From: Bdellovibrionota bacterium
GTDB taxonomy: Bacteria; Bdellovibrionota_C; UBA2361; JBIKUX01
Assembly (NCBI GenBank): GCA_044347345.1
Contig: JBIKUX010000004.1
Coordinates: 1-64,000 of the forward strand
Direction: 5' to 3'
Length of the DNA: 64,000 nucleotides
Shown here: piece by piece, positions 30,833 to 39,641 of the stretch
How positions within the stretch are numbered: the first letter of the stretch is position 1
Layout of the letters: every line of letters starts with the position of its first letter
Made by a program: the position numbers and the translations under genes
Notes under the pieces: model-generated
Told to the model about the DNA's origin: nothing
What the model saw: only the letters and a program-made list of their open reading frames with translations
Database searches by the model: none

Positions 30833-31540
30833 ATGGCGTCTCGTAGTGCTCTCTCTTCACGTTTTGGCTCTGCTGTGGTTGCGCCCTCTGCTAAACTGAG
30901 TGATGCTCAAAGTAAGACTGCGGAATCAGTTATCGCTAATTCGGGTGAGATACAAGATGATGAAGCTGTAGTATCGCAAGTTTTAGCGGGAGACAAAGAG
31001 GCCTTTCGAGTATTGGTTGAGCGCTACGAAAAAAAACTGAGAGCGTTAGTTTTTAATATTGTAATGGACTCTGCGGATGCTGAAGAAGTAGTTCAAGAAG
31101 CGTTTGTGAAGACTTTTTTTACCTTATCTCAGTTTCGGGGAGAGTCTTCCTTTAAGACGTATCTGTACCGAATCGCTCAAAATATGGCGATCGATGTTCG
31201 GCGGAAGTTGCACCGGCGAAGAGCTCTCATTGTAGATTCCTCTCAATTAGAGGAAACTCCCTTAGGAGATGATGAGACCAGTGAATTGTCCGTTTATGGT
31301 TCTCAAGTTTTAGCGAGAGAGCCAGGAAAAATTTTAAGTGAAAGAGAGGATCTTACTCAGGTAAATAAAGCTTTAACTAGTATGAGTGAAGATCATCGGC
31401 AAGTTATGATGCTTAGAGAAGTGGAAGGGATGAGTTATACAGAGATAGCTAAGGTTATCGGAGTATCTATCGGAACGGTAATGAGTCGCCTCCATTATGC
31501 GCGTAAGCGTATACATTCGCTCTTAACGAAAACTGCATAA
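30833..31540 (+). CDS. ECF (RpoE-like) sigma-70 factor
   Basis: GDKEAF..LVERY, AEEVVQEAF, F.TYLYRIA.N, LREVEGMSY.EIA, GTVMSRLHYAR. Confidence 0.93.
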   Translation: MASRSALSSRFGSAVVAPSAKLSDAQSKTAESVIANSGEIQDDEAVVSQVLAGDKEAFRVLVERYEKKLRALVFNIVMDSADAEEVVQEAFVKTFFTLSQFRGESSFKTYLYRIAQNMAIDVRRKLHRRRALIVDSSQLEETPLGDDETSELSVYGSQVLAREPGKILSEREDLTQVNKALTSMSEDHRQVMMLREVEGMSYTEIAKVIGVSIGTVMSRLHYARKRIHSLLTKTA

Positions 31541-31629
31541 ATGAGAAGATATTATGCAGGTTTTAGTAGTTTACTGTGAGTTTTATATTTGGTGATGCGA
31601 TATAAGTTTAGCTGGAAAGAGATTGCAGT

Positions 31630-32529
31630 ATGAGACTTTTCTTTTTTCGGAAATTATCTGATGAACTAACTCTTACAAAACGTGAAGAGCTTCTCCTCAT
31701 GAGATGGTTTGACGGTGAGAGAGGACGGTTAAGTAATTGGCTTGTCAGGCGGGTATTAGCAAAGCAAAAGGCTGCTCAAGAGTATATTAGGCAGTTAGAG
31801 CTTTGCCGAGCCTCGGTAAAACAAGCCCAGGATTCGTTTGTTAATGAGGAGTCAAATAGCAGTATATGGGATTCAGTGCTTGCCCGAATAAATCGTGAGG
31901 AGCAAGCTTCTTTATATTTGGGTCCACGGATTACACATATTAATAGCTGCCCTCACGATGAAGAGGGAAGCTGGTATTCGGTGTGGGGAGAGCGCTTTGG
32001 ATGGGGGGTTTGTGGTGCTTTAGGCGTAACAGTTATTGCAGTAGTTTGGCAAGGACTGCCTTTGCAGCGCTCTTCAGCTAAGGATAATTTAGAGCTATCA
32101 TTTGATAAGCAATTAGTTATTTCCGACAAAGAATTTGAACCAAATAACAAGAATGACTTAATTTCAAGTGGCTCGCACCTTGTAAGCTTTGGGAGCCAAA
32201 ATCCTGCCGGTCAGGTTGCTTCTGAATCAGCACCTTTTGAATCAGTACCTTTTGAATCAGTACTGAGCTATAGGGCGAGCAAGTATAACAATAATACTAA
32301 CGAGCCTTTAGGTGGTCGAATCGAAGTAGATTGGATTAGAAGTGACGGCACTTTACGTCTTATTGAGGGGTCTGAATCTCAATCGACGCTCATTTGGGCA
32401 AAGAGGGATAAATATCCTAACAGCTCTTTAAAGCTAGAGAGCTCACCCTCACCCTCACCCTCAACCTCAACCTCAACCTCAACCTCAACCGACCAGTCGT
32501 TTACCTTATCCACGAGTCCAGTAAAATAA
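31630..32529 (+). CDS. Putative membrane anti-sigma factor
   Basis: Directly downstream of the ECF sigma; N-terminal L..WFDGE anti-sigma-like helix, one TM segment, low-complexity external tail. Confidence 0.65.
   Translation: MRLFFFRKLSDELTLTKREELLLMRWFDGERGRLSNWLVRRVLAKQKAAQEYIRQLELCRASVKQAQDSFVNEESNSSIWDSVLARINREEQASLYLGPRITHINSCPHDEEGSWYSVWGERFGWGVCGALGVTVIAVVWQGLPLQRSSAKDNLELSFDKQLVISDKEFEPNNKNDLISSGSHLVSFGSQNPAGQVASESAPFESVPFESVLSYRASKYNNNTNEPLGGRIEVDWIRSDGTLRLIEGSESQSTLIWAKRDKYPNSSLKLESSPSPSPSTSTSTSTSTDQSFTLSTSPVK
32221..32264 (+). repeat. 15-bp tandem repeat, about 3 copies (ESAPF/ESVPF/ESV)
   Basis: TCTGAATCAGCACCT TTTGAATCAGTACCT TTTGAATCAGTACT. Confidence 0.85.
32443..32490 (+). 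repeat. Hexamer microsatellite (TCACCC)3(TCAACC)5 encoding SP/ST repeats
   Basis: Read directly. Confidence 0.9.
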
Positions 32530-32637
32530 TAGAATGAACGTTATATTAGTAAAACACTTGTAAACTCCTTTTTTAGCTTTTTAGTTTAAAAGCAAAAATT
32601 GGCAAGTATCTTACTAGTAGCAATTAAATTTTTTTTC

Positions 32638-32664
32638 TTAAGCTAAAAGATTTACAGCCGAATT
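32638..32664 (+). promoter_or_regulatory. Candidate sigma28 (FliA) promoter
   Basis: TTAAGCTA-N11-GCCGAATT versus consensus TAAAGTTT-N11-GCCGATAA; 43 nt upstream of a small ORF. Confidence 0.35.
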
Positions 32665-32707
32665 CTATTGTATCGGTTTTCTTTTATAAGTAGGGGTTCT
32701 TACTATC

Positions 32708-32863
32708 ATGGAACTAGATGCTGAGTACTCTTTTGCGGCAGAAGCAATAACTGAAATCATTGAACTTTCAGGTGACATTCTAGAGCTTTTAAATTTTCTA
32801 ATAGATAATGATGGGTGTCCTGTACTTGATTTAGATTTGAATAAGCAGGAACTAATTCATTAA
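32708..32863 (+). CDS. 51-aa acidic small protein (absent from the ORF track)
   Basis: MELDAEYSFAAEAITEIIELSGDILELLNFLIDNDGCPVLDLDLNKQELIH; upstream AGGGG SD-like sequence; fills a 476-nt gap. Confidence 0.55.
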   Translation: MELDAEYSFAAEAITEIIELSGDILELLNFLIDNDGCPVLDLDLNKQELIH

Positions 32864-33005
32864 AAGCTCTTGTCTAGGTGAGGCTTACAGGCTTTTTATC
32901 TGAAGTGATCTCTTCAAAAATGAAGATAAATTAGCTAGGACCTAAGTATATTACTAACCTTAAAGTAGTAATCTTAGCTAAATTCACGGAAGGATAAAGG
33001 TAATT

Positions 33006-34463
33006 GTGGCCAGAGGTGAAGTTTTAACTAGTCAAACTAGTCAGGGGGTGACACGTAACCGGTCGCTGGGCGTAAATATAGGCACCACAGGCACAGGCAG
33101 AGGCACAGACACTCAGCTAGCTTTGGCGCAAGTAGATTCGACTAAAACCTCGTTCACAGATGAACTACTATCTCAATCACCTCTACCACCTCCATCACCT
33201 CAAGATATAATTTACCTAGGAAATCCACAAAAATTAGAAGACTTTCCAGGGGATCCGGAGGTGAATCTTCCTCTTACAGAAGGTGAAAATATACAAGGCT
33301 CTGACCCTAACCCTAACCCTGACCCTAACCCTAACCCTGACCCTAACCCTGACCCTAACCGTAGCCGTAGCTTTTCCTCTCCAGAGGCTGACAAATATAT
33401 AATAGATATAAAGAGTCTACCTTCTTCGGCGAATACCGAAAGACCGTTTCCAATTTCAACCTCTGAGAACTCAAGGGAACCAAAACCTCAGCCTTCAGAT
33501 TTAACTTCTGAACAAAAAGCTATAGACACTGCCTTCGAACAAAAATCTGACTGGAATAAGTATAACGACCCTTCTGAGCTACAAACACTACATGAGTTGC
33601 TTAAGAAAGATCCTCGAGCTGTGGAAGCTCATGAAATACTGCATACTTTATTAATGAATGATTGTATCACCCAAAGAGTGTATGATCGTCTTGCTGGTAA
33701 AATTCGTAGCCCGATTTCATTTGATCCAAAAGACCCATTGTGTTGGATTCATCCTCAACAAGCGTTGGATCTCATTAAAAATATTAGAAATCAGATTACT
33801 ACAGGTGACCTAGCGGATCTGACCTCGCAACAAAAAGCGCAAGTAATGGTGAGATTTGCCGTAATTGCTGAAGATGGTGGATTACATGCGCTTCCGAGAG
33901 TTTTCGCTTTAAGTGATATTCTTCTTTGGAACACTAACTGGAGCTTACTGTTAGCGGTAAAACAATTGGAGATCAACAATAAAAATGAGAGTTATCAAAA
34001 CTCTTTAGATCGATTATATAAAGAGCAACTATCAAACTTAAACGCAAACTACGAAGGCTTATCTCAGGGTGGTTCGCTATTATTTCTAACTAACTATAAG
34101 GGGCGTATCACATCAGGATTTGGCCCGAGAATACATCCTACTTTGGGCTACCGTAGACATCATGCTGGAATAGATATTGCCGCCCCTCCGGGTACCCCTG
34201 TATCTTCAGCAGATGGTGGCACAGTCAAATTTGCAGGCCAGATGGGCGGTTACGGGAACACAGTTATAATTGACCATGGGCAGGGTATTACTACGCTTTA
34301 TGCTCATTTAGCTATGATCAATGTACAACCTGGCCAGCAAGTTGAAAGAGACACAAAAATAGGTACGGTTGGATCTACCGGAGTATCAACTGGGCCACAT
34401 CTTCATTTTGAAGTTCGCGAAAAAGGTAATGCAGTAAATCCATTGAAATACTATCGTTCGTAG
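33006..34463 (+). CDS. M23-family zinc metallopeptidase with long N-terminal region and no signal peptide
   Basis: C-terminal ITSGFGPRIHP, HAGID (HxxxD), GYGNTVIIDH, YAHL, STGPHLHFEV. Confidence 0.88.
   Translation: MARGEVLTSQTSQGVTRNRSLGVNIGTTGTGRGTDTQLALAQVDSTKTSFTDELLSQSPLPPPSPQDIIYLGNPQKLEDFPGDPEVNLPLTEGENIQGSDPNPNPDPNPNPDPNPDPNRSRSFSSPEADKYIIDIKSLPSSANTERPFPISTSENSREPKPQPSDLTSEQKAIDTAFEQKSDWNKYNDPSELQTLHELLKKDPRAVEAHEILHTLLMNDCITQRVYDRLAGKIRSPISFDPKDPLCWIHPQQALDLIKNIRNQITTGDLADLTSQQKAQVMVRFAVIAEDGGLHALPRVFALSDILLWNTNWSLLLAVKQLEINNKNESYQNSLDRLYKEQLSNLNANYEGLSQGGSLLFLTNYKGRITSGFGPRIHPTLGYRRHHAGIDIAAPPGTPVSSADGGTVKFAGQMGGYGNTVIIDHGQGITTLYAHLAMINVQPGQQVERDTKIGTVGSTGVSTGPHLHFEVREKGNAVNPLKYYRS
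33305..33358 (+). repeat. (CCCTRA)9 hexamer repeat: 6x CCCTAA and 3x CCCTGA, encoding an NP/DP linker
   Basis: Read directly; followed by 2x CCGTAG. Confidence 0.92.
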
Positions 34464-34554
34464 AAATTTCAGAGCGTGATACGTTAATTTGTCAGGTTAA
34501 GTAAAGCTCTCAATACCTACTTTAAGCACCTACTTACTTTTTTAATTTTATGAG

Positions 34555-34809
34555 TTATTTGGTTTTTAATCTGTCTTCGTTATCCGTAATAAATGCGCGC
34601 AGATCATCGGCTCGCTCAAGCAGTTTTAACCACTGCTCCTTGTAAAGAGTTACTGGAAAGCGCCCCATGCCGTACACTGATACTGCTCCTTTTTCACTTA
34701 CTTTAAAGGTCATAGTCTTTGATGGTGATGAAGCGGCATCACGTTTTAATTTTTCGTTTTCAGCACGAAGCTTTTCAAGCTCTGCTACAATTTCATCTGA
34801 TGTACTCAT
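34555..34809 (-). CDS. Small hypothetical protein (coiled coil plus possible PC4-like fold)
   Basis: ELEKLRAENEKLK coiled coil, then KVSEKGAVSVYGMGRFPVTLYKEQWLKLL. Confidence 0.8.
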   Translation of the reverse strand: MSTSDEIVAELEKLRAENEKLKRDAASSPSKTMTFKVSEKGAVSVYGMGRFPVTLYKEQWLKLLERADDLRAFITDNEDRLKTK

Positions 34810-35024
34810 TGCAATAATCTCTTGAAAACAAAGTGAGTGAAAACACTGCTACAGAGTGTCTAACTATTTTACTGCAAAAGGTCAATCTGATCTTCAACAA
34901 AAGCCTAACTGGTAACTTACAGGTAGGAGAGGATTGTTCTAGCGTGGCACTCTTTCCTAAAGGCCCTAAGGTGAGCTAGCATCCAATACGGTAAGGAAGT
35001 GACTTCCACATAGGAGACACATGT

Positions 35025-35495
35025 ATGGTTAAAACATCAGCGCCGTTATCATCTTCTAGCTCTAACCGGTTGAATAATCGCTCGCATAACGAAGCATCGG
35101 AGAGTCAGATACATAGCAAGGAGGCGGTACGTTGGTTTTTTGGTATGGGAGCAGTGGCGATAATTATCACTTCAGCTTTATTGCTAGTTGACGGTAAACT
35201 AACGCGCTCCACCAAGGAGCGACGTTTGGCAGATACTTTATTCGAGATGCGTAGTGCCCAATCCTCCATACCACAGAGAAGTGGTAGCGATAGCAGATTG
35301 GTTGTGTCTGAGATGGTTGTGTCTGAGATGGTTGCGGGTGGTACAAATAATGGCGACGAAAAGTGGGCACCGGCTGGTGCTGTGAAGGTGCGTCCCGACA
35401 CTGCAAGTTTAAATACTCCTAGTGATGAAAATCACAATAAATATTTTGGTGCGGTACATGCTCCAGAAGAAAAGTCTGCTCATAATTCACACTAA
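35025..35495 (+). CDS. Hypothetical single-TM protein
   Basis: AGGAG SD upstream; TM segment WFFGMGAVAIIITSALLLV; low-complexity flanks. Confidence 0.6.
   Translation: MVKTSAPLSSSSSNRLNNRSHNEASESQIHSKEAVRWFFGMGAVAIIITSALLLVDGKLTRSTKERRLADTLFEMRSAQSSIPQRSGSDSRLVVSEMVVSEMVAGGTNNGDEKWAPAGAVKVRPDTASLNTPSDENHNKYFGAVHAPEEKSAHNSH
35299..35334 (+). repeat. 15-bp tandem duplication (VVSEM x2)
   Basis: TGGTTGTGTCTGAGA x2 plus TGGTTG. Confidence 0.88.
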
Positions 35496-35524
35496 CTTTA
35501 AAACACTGAATGCAAAAGCTGTCT

Positions 35525-35812
35525 TCAGGTGAAGATAGGTGTGGAAGATGTTTTTTCACTTACGAGAATAGGTTGAGATGAGTTTAGTAAAGTAAAATTA
35601 AAGTTGAATTCAGTGAGAAGTTGTTTAGCAATTTGAAGCGAATCTGATGAAACATAGATGCGAAAAGCCTTTGCGATAAGACTACCTGTGACCTTTATGC
35701 ATAATTCTTCCACCACAGCATCAATATCAGCTTGATGAAAATTATGAACTAAACGAAAGGCAGATGTTGCCGACCTTGTTGTTAATACTAAAATCATTGT
35801 ATTTTTAACCAT
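35525..35812 (-). CDS. Small protein resembling DUF2007 (GlnB-like)
   Basis: Pattern V.T......A..L...F..ADI.A.V....RIYV..D.L..AKQLL. Confidence 0.45.
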   Translation of the reverse strand: MVKNTMILVLTTRSATSAFRLVHNFHQADIDAVVEELCIKVTGSLIAKAFRIYVSSDSLQIAKQLLTEFNFNFTLLNSSQPILVSEKTSSTPIFT

Positions 35813-35913
35813 TCAATCAACCTAATAATCGGTATGAAAATAACTCTTAGGCGCTACAAAGCACCATAGGAGAAGTAGGGCTAGCATTGTTAATGCATAC
35901 TTAGGAGGAAAAG

Positions 35914-37020
35914 GTGCAAGGTAGTTTGGAGGAAGTTGTCCTATCGCCTAAAATTTTGTCTGAGTACGAAATAGGGTATGGAACTTATTCCGTAGTCCCT
36001 TTGATAAGAGGCCATCTAAATCGAACTTTTGTTATTGAGCGCAATTCTGTTACTACTGCTCCGTCAATCCTACTTCAGCAGATAAATGAACATGTTTTTG
36101 GAAATATTACAGCACTTATGGCAAATATTTCCAAAGTATGCGCTACTCTTGGTAAATCATCCTCTTATAATCGAGAAGCTACCCCTTTAACTTTACTCAG
36201 AACGCAAAATGGAGAGCCATTTACGCGGGATGAAGATGGAAATCCTTGGCGAGCATTTAGATACCTTTCGGGACGCTTAATTTTTGATCAGTGTCCTAGT
36301 GAGGATGTGGCTTGGGCTGCTGGGCGTTTATGTGCGTTATTTTTGAGTTCTTTTCATCATGAAAATTTAAGTGGTTTCAGCGAAACAATCCCCTTTTTCC
36401 AAAATTTAACTAAACGTTTTATCGCACTGAAAGAAGCATCATTGCAGGATGTAATGGGAAGACTGCGAGTAATCTCTTCGGAGGTAGCATCTCTGCTAAA
36501 TCTTGCAGAGCATGTTGCGGGTATCACAGATGATCCAGCTCTTCCAATAAGATTATGCCATAATGACTTCAAGTTAAATAACTTACTTTTTGTGAACCCT
36601 GATAAAATTAAGGGTGATGCCGTAGTAGACCTCGATACTTGCATGCCTGGAGCAATTACTTACGATATCGGAGATATGCTCAGATCTATAGCACTAGAGC
36701 GTCCAGAAGATGAGCCAGACATTACCACCGTTCATGGAAACCATGCAATTATCTCTGCATGCATAAGCGGATTCATGGAAGTTATTGGTGATAATCTTAC
36801 GCCTACAGAACTGTATCGCGCCGCTGATTCACCAAGGGCAGTTTCGCTTGCCTTAGCGGCAAGGTTCTATACTGATTATCTTAACGGTGACCGCTATTTT
36901 AGGGTTGAAGATCCTGAGCAAAATCTTCGCCGTGCTAGAGTTTACGTTAAACTAGCCACAGAACTTTACGGTTTAATGAAGGACAAAATTATTAGGCGCA
37001 TGATATTAAAAACTAGTTAG
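35914..37020 (+). CDS. Aminoglycoside-phosphotransferase-fold kinase, N-acetylhexosamine 1-kinase-like
   Basis: GHLNRTF, LQQINEHVF, HNDFKLNNLLF, VVDLDTCMPG, YDIGDMLR, RFYTDYLNGDRYF; AGGAGG SD. Confidence 0.85.
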   Translation: MQGSLEEVVLSPKILSEYEIGYGTYSVVPLIRGHLNRTFVIERNSVTTAPSILLQQINEHVFGNITALMANISKVCATLGKSSSYNREATPLTLLRTQNGEPFTRDEDGNPWRAFRYLSGRLIFDQCPSEDVAWAAGRLCALFLSSFHHENLSGFSETIPFFQNLTKRFIALKEASLQDVMGRLRVISSEVASLLNLAEHVAGITDDPALPIRLCHNDFKLNNLLFVNPDKIKGDAVVDLDTCMPGAITYDIGDMLRSIALERPEDEPDITTVHGNHAIISACISGFMEVIGDNLTPTELYRAADSPRAVSLALAARFYTDYLNGDRYFRVEDPEQNLRRARVYVKLATELYGLMKDKIIRRMILKTS

Positions 37021-37103
37021 TGGACAGTCAAAAATTAGCCAAAAAAATCCAAGACTGGCCAACTAACTATTAACAAAAAACCTTGAAACTTTAAAAAGAG
37101 CGT

Positions 37104-37754
37104 TTATCGATAGATAATCAAATCTTCCTTTGAGTAGCGTACCTTTGGTAATTTTGAATTGTTATCGTCTAAAGCTCTGTAGCCAAGAGTAGCTACTACC
37201 GTTGGCCAAAATCCATCTTTTGAGCAATTTAAAATTTCATCGTACGCTTTGGCATCAAAACCTTCCATTGGGCATGCATCAATGCCTAAAAGAGCCGCAC
37301 TAGTAAGAAGGTTGCCTAAAGCAATATATGTCTGTTTACTCGTCCAAACAAATGGATCGAATCCCGGAAAGGGATACTCAACAAACCCTAGCATCATTTG
37401 ACGATATCCTTCTATCGCTTCACGACTTATTCCGCGTGTTTGCATGATGGTAGAAATAAGTCGTTCAACATCGTTTTGGCCTACTTCTTTTTGAGCGGCA
37501 AACACAACCATGTGAGAGGCTTCTGTAATTTGCGGTTGATTCCACGAGCAAGGTTGTAGCTTGGCTCGAATATTTTTGTCCTTGACTACGATAAATCGCC
37601 ACGGTTGAAGACCAAAAGATGATGGTGTAAGTCGAAGAGTTTCCTCTAACGTATCCCAAATTTCATCTGGGATAACCTTTGTTGCATCAAACTTTTTTGT
37701 GGCGTAGCGCCAATTTAGTTGACTAAGAAGGGTAGTAGTATCTGCAGGACTCAT
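37104..37754 (-). CDS. Nitroreductase-family NAD(P)H-dependent oxidoreductase
   Basis: LNWRYATKKFD, TPSSFGLQPW.F, NQPQITEASH, IDACPMEGFD, LGYR, PKVR. Confidence 0.93.
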   Translation of the reverse strand: MSPADTTTLLSQLNWRYATKKFDATKVIPDEIWDTLEETLRLTPSSFGLQPWRFIVVKDKNIRAKLQPCSWNQPQITEASHMVVFAAQKEVGQNDVERLISTIMQTRGISREAIEGYRQMMLGFVEYPFPGFDPFVWTSKQTYIALGNLLTSAALLGIDACPMEGFDAKAYDEILNCSKDGFWPTVVATLGYRALDDNNSKLPKVRYSKEDLIIYR

Positions 37755-37778
37755 GGTAATTCCTTTAAATAAACATAA

Positions 37779-38024
37779 TTAGTTGTAAAGCTCACCTCTT
37801 CTGCCTTGCTCCATTCCGCCACTACTAACAGGTATACATATCCAGTGGCTATCTTCACAGAGGCAAATGTTTTGTTTTTGTCTCAAAAATACCGCATTAC
37901 CATCATCGTATGATTTGTTTTGGTAATTACATGAATTACTACTATTTATGGAGCACCCACTACTTAGAAGGGCACAAAATAACAGTATGCTTATAGTTTT
38001 AATGGTCATAGTTTGTTTAATCAT
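37779..38024 (-). CDS. Small Cys-rich putative lipoprotein
   Basis: Start probably the ATG at 38024 (or 38009); lipobox-like LSSG-C; CNYQNKSY..G...C.C....W.C. Confidence 0.6.
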   Translation of the reverse strand: MIKQTMTIKTISILLFCALLSSGCSINSSNSCNYQNKSYDDGNAVFLRQKQNICLCEDSHWICIPVSSGGMEQGRRGELYN

Positions 38025-38031
38025 GTTGTCA

Positions 38032-38607
38032 CTAATTTTTTTGATGTAGATTGTACTCTCTAAAGTTTTCAATGAGTCTCGCAAGTTGGTACGGAGCAGA
38101 TACAAACTCAATTGAGAGCTCAGCATCGCCCTGTGCGGCTGTGCCAACATAGACGTGACCGTATCCAAATACTCTTCCCCAAAACGGTTGGAATACGAAA
38201 ATACCGCGAATATCAGTATAGCGCACCGATGGCACTGAGTAATTTAATGATAGACGCCCTGTTTTTCTAAAAATAGATACCTCACCTAATACATAAAGGT
38301 CGTTGTAGTATCTACGAGCGGTTTCAAGTAGTACCAACAAGGGTATAATTCCTAACCATCTAAGAGAAAAGCTACTTATAATCGGAATATATTGCAAATA
38401 CTGAGGAAGATATAAATTAGCCAACAGCAATAAAAATATTAGCAGTAAGAATAATATTATATTTGGGATAAGGGAGAGAGGGCTACGCATGATGCATAAT
38501 AACTCGGCACGGTTTGAACCCTTTAGAATCCTATCTATCGAGGGGTATGTCATCGAGAGCGCTCGTACTAATTTAATCTGTTTCGCTAATAAAGTGTCCT
38601 TAAACAA
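38032..38607 (-). CDS. Membrane protein with bacterial PH (bPH_2) domain
   Basis: Two TM segments, then Y.L.E..I..KTG.LS, IR.I.V.Q.FWGRVFGYG.V.VGTA. Confidence 0.8.
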   Translation of the reverse strand: MFKDTLLAKQIKLVRALSMTYPSIDRILKGSNRAELLCIMRSPLSLIPNIILFLLLIFLLLLANLYLPQYLQYIPIISSFSLRWLGIIPLLVLLETARRYYNDLYVLGEVSIFRKTGRLSLNYSVPSVRYTDIRGIFVFQPFWGRVFGYGHVYVGTAAQGDAELSIEFVSAPYQLARLIENFREYNLHQKN

Positions 38608-38642
38608 CTAATTAAGGAAATCTTTTTTCTTTTCATTTCAGT

Positions 38643-39614
38643 TTATTTTATATCAAGCCAATCACGCGGCAAGCTGACTACTTTTAGTAGATTTTTAGCT
38701 TCAAGTGAGGGAGGAGCTGGTTCATTTGGATGAAAATGAACTTGCGGAGGAAGAGACATTAGAATCGAGGCAGTGCGACCTCCGGTTTTAAGGCCAAACA
38801 AGGTGCCTCTATCGTAAAGTAAATTAAACTCTACATACCTGCCTCTTCGGAGAAGTTGGAATTGTTTTTCTTCAGATGTATAGGGGAGATTTTTTCTGCG
38901 AGTCACTATTGGAGTGTAAGCGGAAGTAATTGCCGCCCCAACAGATTGTACAAAAGGAAAAAATTGCTCGACGCGAGATGACTCATTTGAAGCTAAATTT
39001 TTTCCGAGATAGTCAAAGAATATTCCACCCACACCTCTGGCTTCTTGTCTGTGAGGTAAATAAAAATACTCGTCACAGTCTTTTTTAAATCGCGGATAAA
39101 AACTTTGATCATGTCTGTCACACGCTTCCTTGAGAACTGCATGAAAGTGAGTGGCATCTTCTTCATACAAAAGATAAGGAGTAAGGTCTGCACCACCACC
39201 AAACCATCGCTGAGGCTGAAGGTCTTTGGCCGTTACCTCAAGATACCTGACGTTGGCATGGGTGGTGGGAATTTGTGGGGAAAATGGATGAAATACTAGA
39301 GACACTCCTGTCGCAAAAAACTGTGCTGAAATATTAACTCCTAGCAGTTTATTTACCATGTCAGCGGGAAGTGTGCCTTCTACAGCGCTAAAGTTAACGC
39401 CAGCTTGTTCAAAAATATGACCATTTCGCAATAAAGCGGAGATTCCGCCTCCTCCATGCCCTCCAGAAATATCTGTTCTATTCCAATTCTCCTTAATGAA
39501 CGGCACAGCTCCATCACTATCTAACGCCTCAATTTCCGCGCAGATGGAAATCTGAAGAGTTTTGAAGAATTTTAATACTCGGTCTCTAAAATCAGAATTT
39601 GTATTCTCGTGCAT
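38643..39614 (-). CDS. hemF: Oxygen-dependent coproporphyrinogen III oxidase
   Basis: FEQAGVNFS, FFATGVSLVFHP, PTTHANVRY, WFGGGADLTP, RGVGGIFFD, RRGRYVEFNLLYDRGT. Confidence 0.97.
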   Translation of the reverse strand: MHENTNSDFRDRVLKFFKTLQISICAEIEALDSDGAVPFIKENWNRTDISGGHGGGGISALLRNGHIFEQAGVNFSAVEGTLPADMVNKLLGVNISAQFFATGVSLVFHPFSPQIPTTHANVRYLEVTAKDLQPQRWFGGGADLTPYLLYEEDATHFHAVLKEACDRHDQSFYPRFKKDCDEYFYLPHRQEARGVGGIFFDYLGKNLASNESSRVEQFFPFVQSVGAAITSAYTPIVTRRKNLPYTSEEKQFQLLRRGRYVEFNLLYDRGTLFGLKTGGRTASILMSLPPQVHFHPNEPAPPSLEAKNLLKVVSLPRDWLDIK

Positions 39615-39625
39615 GTCTGTATTTT

Positions 39626-39641
39626 TGGCCAGCTCTTTGCA
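39626..39641 (+). promoter_or_regulatory. Sigma54 (-24/-12) promoter for the flgF operon
   Basis: TGGCCAGCTCTTTGCA = GG-N10-GC with TGGC and TTGCA, upstream of the flagellar operon. Confidence 0.65.

Noticed and set aside
33305-33358. Eukaryotic telomere contamination
   Set aside because: Only 54 bp, in frame within a continuous bacterial ORF, mixed with CCCTGA units, and similar hexamer tracts occur in the neighbouring gene
38025-38168. Long N-terminus of the 37779-38168 ORF
   Set aside because: It overlaps the bPH gene in another frame; the lipoprotein signal begins at the ATG at 38024 or 38009
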